From positions 59,270 to 123,269 of IMG/VR virus record IMGVR_UViG_3300017746_000002: a stretch of DNA of 64,000 nt; one strand, given 5' to 3'. This DNA is from a virus. Numbering within the stretch: position 1 is the first letter of the stretch; every line of letters starts with the position of its first letter. Below the pieces are notes generated by a model. It did not search any database, was not told the origin of the DNA, and saw only the letters and a list, made by a program, of their open reading frames with translations. Shown in pieces: positions 59,643 to 64,000 of the stretch. The translations under genes and the position numbers were made by a program.

Positions 59643-59900
59643 ATGTTATATCAACTAAGAAGCGGAAGAACTATAGAAATATCTATTGAACAATATCTTG
59701 ACATGACTGATCTAGAACTTGAAGAGTTAGAAGGACTTGGTAGCATGAATACTATGGAGATTAATAATCCATGGTATAACTCATACCAAAAGAAAACAAG
59801 AGAAAGATCAGAAGACTTAACAGATGAGAAAGAGTTAGGTAAGATACATGAGAAGGTAAGAAGGGATGATACATATTTTCATAACAAAGATGATGAGTAG
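59643..59900 (+). CDS. Hypothetical acidic protein
   Basis: MLYQLRSGRTIEISIEQYLDMTD. Confidence 0.7.
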   Translation: MLYQLRSGRTIEISIEQYLDMTDLELEELEGLGSMNTMEINNPWYNSYQKKTRERSEDLTDEKELGKIHEKVRRDDTYFHNKDDE

Positions 59901-59925
59901 GTAAACTATTCATCAGTATACACAT

Positions 59926-59981
59926 AAGGACGTATTATAGTAGTGATCACTATCACGCATCTATAGTATGTCCTTTTTTTT
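59926..59981 (+). terminator. Long-stem intrinsic terminator
   Basis: AAGGACGTATTATAG...CTATAGTATGTCCTT plus T-run. Confidence 0.7.
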
Positions 59982-60025
59982 ATTCAAATTCAATTCAAAT
60001 TAATTAACCGCTTAAAACTAAAACA

Positions 60026-60703
60026 ATGGCAAAAGCAAATGACCAGGTAGAGATTGTACCTAATGAGCATGGAGCAAAAATCCGTGTATCAGCAAACAAT
60101 CCAGAGTATGCACATGTACTATTAGTACAAAACAAAACATGGATAGCACCATCAGGGTGGGTACGTCAAAGACGTATGAGCACACTGTTAAATGGTAAAA
60201 CAGAAGTAATCAAAGAATTAGGATTAGGTAAGAAGAAGTATTTACCTGGACAAATAGTTATTAAAGAGCAACTTGAGCCATTTCAGTCTAATGATCCAGA
60301 TAGAGATATAAAATATGCAGGTGATACAGGAGTTATATGTTGTAAGGAAGGTGAGATTATATATAGAAAATGTTTCTATGACTCAAGTGGTCTTGACACA
60401 GATGTATTAATAGCACACACTAATGGTGACGCTATTAGAGAAGCTAACGCTGCAAAAGCTGAAGGCACTGATGAAGTATCTGTAGATGACAATACATCAA
60501 TGGTAAGTGGTGAGGAATTCTTCACTAAAGGTAATGATGATGAGGAGAAAGAAGAAGTAGATCCTAATCAAATCAACCTTATGGATGCTATTGATGAAAT
60601 TACTAATGAAGTTGAAGGAGAAACAGAAGAAATAACTGTTGAAGACTCAAATGAAGAAGTAGAAGAGGAAGTAGAAGAAGAAGTACATACATTTGATATA
60701 TAA
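60026..60703 (+). CDS. Putative single-stranded DNA-binding protein
   Basis: Beta-rich N-domain plus long acidic tail ending TFDI; flanked by terminators. Confidence 0.45.
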   Translation: MAKANDQVEIVPNEHGAKIRVSANNPEYAHVLLVQNKTWIAPSGWVRQRRMSTLLNGKTEVIKELGLGKKKYLPGQIVIKEQLEPFQSNDPDRDIKYAGDTGVICCKEGEIIYRKCFYDSSGLDTDVLIAHTNGDAIREANAAKAEGTDEVSVDDNTSMVSGEEFFTKGNDDEEKEEVDPNQINLMDAIDEITNEVEGETEEITVEDSNEEVEEEVEEEVHTFDI

Positions 60704-60720
60704 TCAGATGTAAATAGATT

Positions 60721-60762
60721 GAGAGTAGTTAGTTGTCATAACCTAGCTACTCTCTTTCTTTT
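60721..60762 (+). terminator. Intrinsic terminator
   Basis: GAGAGTAGTTAG...CTAGCTACTCTC plus T-rich tail. Confidence 0.75.
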
Positions 60763-60799
60763 ATATAAATAAATTAATAACTCACTTAGAAAATAAATT

Positions 60800-61288
60800 A
60801 TGCTTAATAAGGAACAAATCCAAAAAATAGAAAGAGAAAGAAGACTCAACAAACTAGAATACCTTGGTATACTGAATGATTACCAAACAATTAGAAAAGG
60901 TTTAGTACAAACTGTAGTATACAGTGAACTAAGTCAACATCAACACTTCTTATTTAAGAGAGTGTTACATGGTTTAAATGTATATAAACCAGAAGAGTTA
61001 GAAAAAATGCACTGGGATAAGAAAAGAAGAGTGAAGAAAGTATGGAGACGTGCACAAAATGTTATAAACAGTTGGAAACAAATGGTATGTAATAAAAGGT
61101 CTAATGAAATATTTAGTATCTTTAAACACAGTGAATTAGCTAAACATATAGTTAATACACCTGTTAATGAAACTGATCATAAATTTATTAATGATATGAA
61201 GCTTAAAACATTAGGTATAACATATGAAGATCTTATAATTAAATTTATAAGTGAAGGGTTATTACCTCGTAACTATTACAGCTTGTGA
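60800..61288 (+). CDS. Conserved hypothetical protein
   Basis: 162-aa ORF, GTGA overlap with next gene. Confidence 0.7.
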   Translation: MLNKEQIQKIERERRLNKLEYLGILNDYQTIRKGLVQTVVYSELSQHQHFLFKRVLHGLNVYKPEELEKMHWDKKRRVKKVWRRAQNVINSWKQMVCNKRSNEIFSIFKHSELAKHIVNTPVNETDHKFINDMKLKTLGITYEDLIIKFISEGLLPRNYYSL

Positions 61289-61701
61289 AAGCTAAACGCA
61301 AACTGTGTGTTGGCTGTGGAAAAGAGCAATTCATCTGGAAGTCTGAAGGTAGGTATAAATACTGTAAGAACTGTTGGCTAACTAAGGTCCCAACTAAATC
61401 ACTCAGTAGATCACCAATTAAACCATCTAAAAAACCAATTAGACATAAGTCTTCTAAGATGAATGCTCTTGACACAGTTTATTCTAAGTTAAGAAAGCAT
61501 TACTTACAACAGTATCCATTGTGTTGTGCATCATTGCCGGGCTGCACTAAACACTCTACTGATATACATCATAAAAAAGGTAGAGGTAAGTATCACAATG
61601 ATCCAACAACATGGTTATCTGTATGTAGAACATGTCATGATTGGATAGAGACACACCCAATTGAGGCACAAGAACTAGGATTTTCAATTAAAAGAAATTA
61701 G
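61285..61701 (+). CDS. HNH endonuclease with N-terminal zinc finger
   Basis: CVGC/CKNC; STDIHHKKGR...WLSVCRTCHDWIE. Confidence 0.8.
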   Translation: MKAKRKLCVGCGKEQFIWKSEGRYKYCKNCWLTKVPTKSLSRSPIKPSKKPIRHKSSKMNALDTVYSKLRKHYLQQYPLCCASLPGCTKHSTDIHHKKGRGKYHNDPTTWLSVCRTCHDWIETHPIEAQELGFSIKRN

Positions 61702-61702
61702 A

Positions 61703-61897
61703 ATGGAAAAAGCATTAGAGATTTGTAGAAATCTTAAACATACTATTGATAAAATGAATCACCAAAATCAAACATTAGGTAATTCTACATTGCATGACAA
61801 TAACATATTCAATAGTTACAAAGCAAGTAAGAGTATACTTGAAAGACAGTTAAAAGAATTATTAAAGAAACATAATATAAAAAAGAATCAATTATAA
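61703..61897 (+). CDS. Hypothetical protein
   Basis: Tightly packed ORF. Confidence 0.6.
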   Translation: MEKALEICRNLKHTIDKMNHQNQTLGNSTLHDNNIFNSYKASKSILERQLKELLKKHNIKKNQL

Positions 61898-62193
61898 TGG
61901 AAATACCAAAAGATATGTTAAAGAAATTAAAACTACGTGATGAACCTAAGTTAGATAATGCAGCACAGGCTCATGTAGATCAGATAGAGTACAAAGAAGT
62001 ACTTAACAAAGAGATAGCTGAAGCTAGAGAGTACACTAATGTAGATAAGTATACTAGTGTAGATGCACATCAACTAGTGAAAATGGATAAGCAGCATATC
62101 ATTGAAGTATTAGTACATGCTATGGGAACTATAAGATTCTTAAGAGATTGGGACGCTGATACTTTAGGTCCGGATGGAAAAGTAAGCTTATGA
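61897..62193 (+). CDS. Hypothetical protein
   Basis: Coupled at both ends. Confidence 0.6.
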   Translation: MEIPKDMLKKLKLRDEPKLDNAAQAHVDQIEYKEVLNKEIAEAREYTNVDKYTSVDAHQLVKMDKQHIIEVLVHAMGTIRFLRDWDADTLGPDGKVSL

Positions 62194-63290
62194 GCAGAGA
62201 TGATGTACAACAAGAAGCATTAGACATTGCTACTAGCAACAGGAGATGTGGTCTAGGTATATCTATGGGTGTGGGCAAGACAAGAATAGGATTAAAACAT
62301 ATGGTACATAACTATAATCCTATGGTTCAATATCTTGTGGTAGCACCTAAGAAATCTATATTTAAATCATGGGATGATGAGATGGTTAAGTCTCAGATGG
62401 AAGGTATGGGTAAACATATTACTTATACTACCTACCTCAGCATTAATAAGCATAACCCAAATGACTATGATGTAGTATACTTAGACGAGTGTCATAGTTT
62501 ACTAGACAATCATGAGAATTTTTTAGGCTCTTACACGGGGAAGATACTGGGACTAACTGGTACACCTCCTCAAAGAAAGGGCACTGAGAAATATAGAATG
62601 GTACAGAAGTATTGTCCTATGAAGTATGAGTTTAGTGTTGACCAAGCATCTGATACTAAGATACTTAACCAATATAAAATTATCATACATCACCTGCGCC
62701 TATCAGGCGTGAAGTCTTTAGAAAAGAATAACAAGAAGACAGGTGGTAAATGGTATACATCTGAGATAGATGATTATAATTATAGTACCAATAGATTAGA
62801 AGAAGCAGATACTATGCAGAAGAAGAAGTTCTTTGGTATACTGCGTATGAAATCTATGATGAGCTATTCTACTAAAGAGAACTATGCTAAAGGTATGTTA
62901 AAACATATGGGTCAGAAATGTATTGTGTTTGCTAACACTCAGAAGCAAGCTGATCTAATGTGTAAGCATAGTTACCATTCAAAGAATAAGAACTCAGATG
63001 AGAATCTTGAGTTGTTCAGTGATGGTAGGATTGACCAGCTATCATGTGTATTACAATTAAGTGAGGGTGTAAGTATACCCAATCTTAAGCAAGGTATTAT
63101 AATGCATGCATATGGTAATGAAAGAAAGACAGCACAACGTATAGGTAGACTACTACGTCTTAATCCAACTGAAACAGCAACATGTCATGTGTTATGTTAC
63201 AAGGATACTGTAGATGAGAAGTGGGTAACCAATGCATTGTCTGGCTTTGATCAGAGTAAAATAGAATTTTATAACCCTTTAAATAATTAA
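62190..63290 (+). CDS. Superfamily 2 DExH helicase
   Basis: GVGKT, DECH, TGT, EGVSIP, QRIGRLLR. Confidence 0.9.
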   Translation: MSRDDVQQEALDIATSNRRCGLGISMGVGKTRIGLKHMVHNYNPMVQYLVVAPKKSIFKSWDDEMVKSQMEGMGKHITYTTYLSINKHNPNDYDVVYLDECHSLLDNHENFLGSYTGKILGLTGTPPQRKGTEKYRMVQKYCPMKYEFSVDQASDTKILNQYKIIIHHLRLSGVKSLEKNNKKTGGKWYTSEIDDYNYSTNRLEEADTMQKKKFFGILRMKSMMSYSTKENYAKGMLKHMGQKCIVFANTQKQADLMCKHSYHSKNKNSDENLELFSDGRIDQLSCVLQLSEGVSIPNLKQGIIMHAYGNERKTAQRIGRLLRLNPTETATCHVLCYKDTVDEKWVTNALSGFDQSKIEFYNPLNN

Positions 63291-63292
63291 TA

Positions 63293-63406
63293 ATGGAATC
63301 ATTATATATAATAGCAGGTGTAGTAATATATATGCTTGGAATAATAACAGGAATTTACTGGTCTTCTCAGATAGAGAAAGATATAGATAAAAGAATTAAA
63401 AAATGA
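63293..63406 (+). CDS. 37-aa single-TM micro-protein (not in track)
   Basis: MESLYIIAGVVIYMLGIITGIYWSSQIEKDIDKRIKK; ATGA overlap. Confidence 0.55.
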   Translation: MESLYIIAGVVIYMLGIITGIYWSSQIEKDIDKRIKK

Positions 63407-63636
63407 TAATAGAGATTATAGTTACATTAGGAATGGGTATCTTTGCAGGTACTACATTCTTAATGTCACATAAACATTCAAAAACAAAATACAGTTATGG
63501 GAAAAATGAAAGAGTTATATATGAAAATGTTAGAAGAACAAATGCATCAAACATTACAAGAACACATACCTACAGAACCATCCCCAACAGATATATTATG
63601 TCCAAATTGCATGAAGACAAGACTTACTTATCATAG
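63403..63636 (+). CDS. Small membrane protein
   Basis: Hydrophobic N-terminus; long overlap with the next ORF lowers confidence. Confidence 0.4.
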   Translation: MIIEIIVTLGMGIFAGTTFLMSHKHSKTKYSYGKNERVIYENVRRTNASNITRTHTYRTIPNRYIMSKLHEDKTYLS

Positions 63637-63715
63637 CACATCAGACATTAAATGTGATAAAGGTTGTGGTCAAGAGTTTGTTCTTGTGGATGCTAAAACA
63701 GTAAGATACAAATGA
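63497..63715 (+). CDS. Zinc-ribbon protein
   Basis: CPNC...CDKGCG. Confidence 0.65.
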   Translation: MGKMKELYMKMLEEQMHQTLQEHIPTEPSPTDILCPNCMKTRLTYHSTSDIKCDKGCGQEFVLVDAKTVRYK

Positions 63716-63819
63716 TGGTAGAAACTATAGCATCATACTTTGGTATTGCTTTTGTATCTATTATATTTATGTGTATGTGCCATTGTATATACACAATAAT
63801 TAGAGATAATAGGTCATGA
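63712..63819 (+). CDS. 35-aa hydrophobic micro-protein
   Basis: MMVETIASYFGIAFVSIIFMCMCHCIYTIIRDNRS; ATGA overlap. Confidence 0.4.
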   Translation: MMVETIASYFGIAFVSIIFMCMCHCIYTIIRDNRS

Positions 63820-63879
63820 TCACTATCATCGTTTCAGATCCTGGTGATGAACAACCTGGTACTCACATAATAAAAACAC

Positions 63880-64000
63880 ATGAAGATAATATACAACACA
63901 ACACTAATTAAACGTAATGGGAAATTAGAACACACAATAAAAGCTAAGGAAGGTATACTTAATGATATAATTAAAGATCTTCCTGAAGGTGCAAAGATAG
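63880..64000 (+). CDS. Hypothetical protein, truncated at right edge
   Basis: MKIIYNTTLIKRNGKLEHTIKAKEGILNDIIKDLPEGAKI... open to the end. Confidence 0.5.
   Translation, partial: MKIIYNTTLIKRNGKLEHTIKAKEGILNDIIKDLPEGAKI

Noticed and set aside
1-64000. Stop-codon reassignment (TAG or TGA) known in some crAss-like phages
   Set aside because: Very long ORFs are intact in code 11, and TAG/TGA terminate genes at sensible boundaries

Overview
AT-rich segment of a crAss-like (Crassvirales-type) tailed phage genome, standard genetic code. The host is probably Bacteroidota/Flavobacteria: TAnnTTTG promoter boxes, A-rich leaders without Shine-Dalgarno, and an SprB repeat. Bases 1-56066 are all minus-strand late/virion genes. 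In transcription order: a large modular protein with a lysozyme domain, PhoH, an L,D-transpeptidase-fold enzyme, wHTH/HU proteins, a PD-(D/E)XK nuclease, GroES, TerL, portal, scaffold-like protein, major capsid, ring/auxiliary proteins, a 3247-aa Cys-rich repeat protein, phosphoesterase, ring proteins, a 2408-aa tail stabilisation/muzzle protein and putative ejected cargo proteins. After a GC-richer strand switch near 56.1-56.3 kb, plus-strand small early genes follow (HNH, SF2 helicase, micro-ORFs). Most notable: four putative cargo proteins are punctuated about 30 times by a short motif (e.g. MAKYGG, LPKAQxG) that delimits unrelated modules (lysozyme, degenerate zincins, beta-barrel-like, pre-toxin-TG-like plus variable domain), suggesting a virion-delivered effector polyprotein system. 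Also seen: a conserved late promoter, a possible antisense 3'UTR sRNA against late-gene leaders, and an unannotated ArfA-like micro-protein. All family calls come from motif recognition and synteny by eye; no database searches were run.
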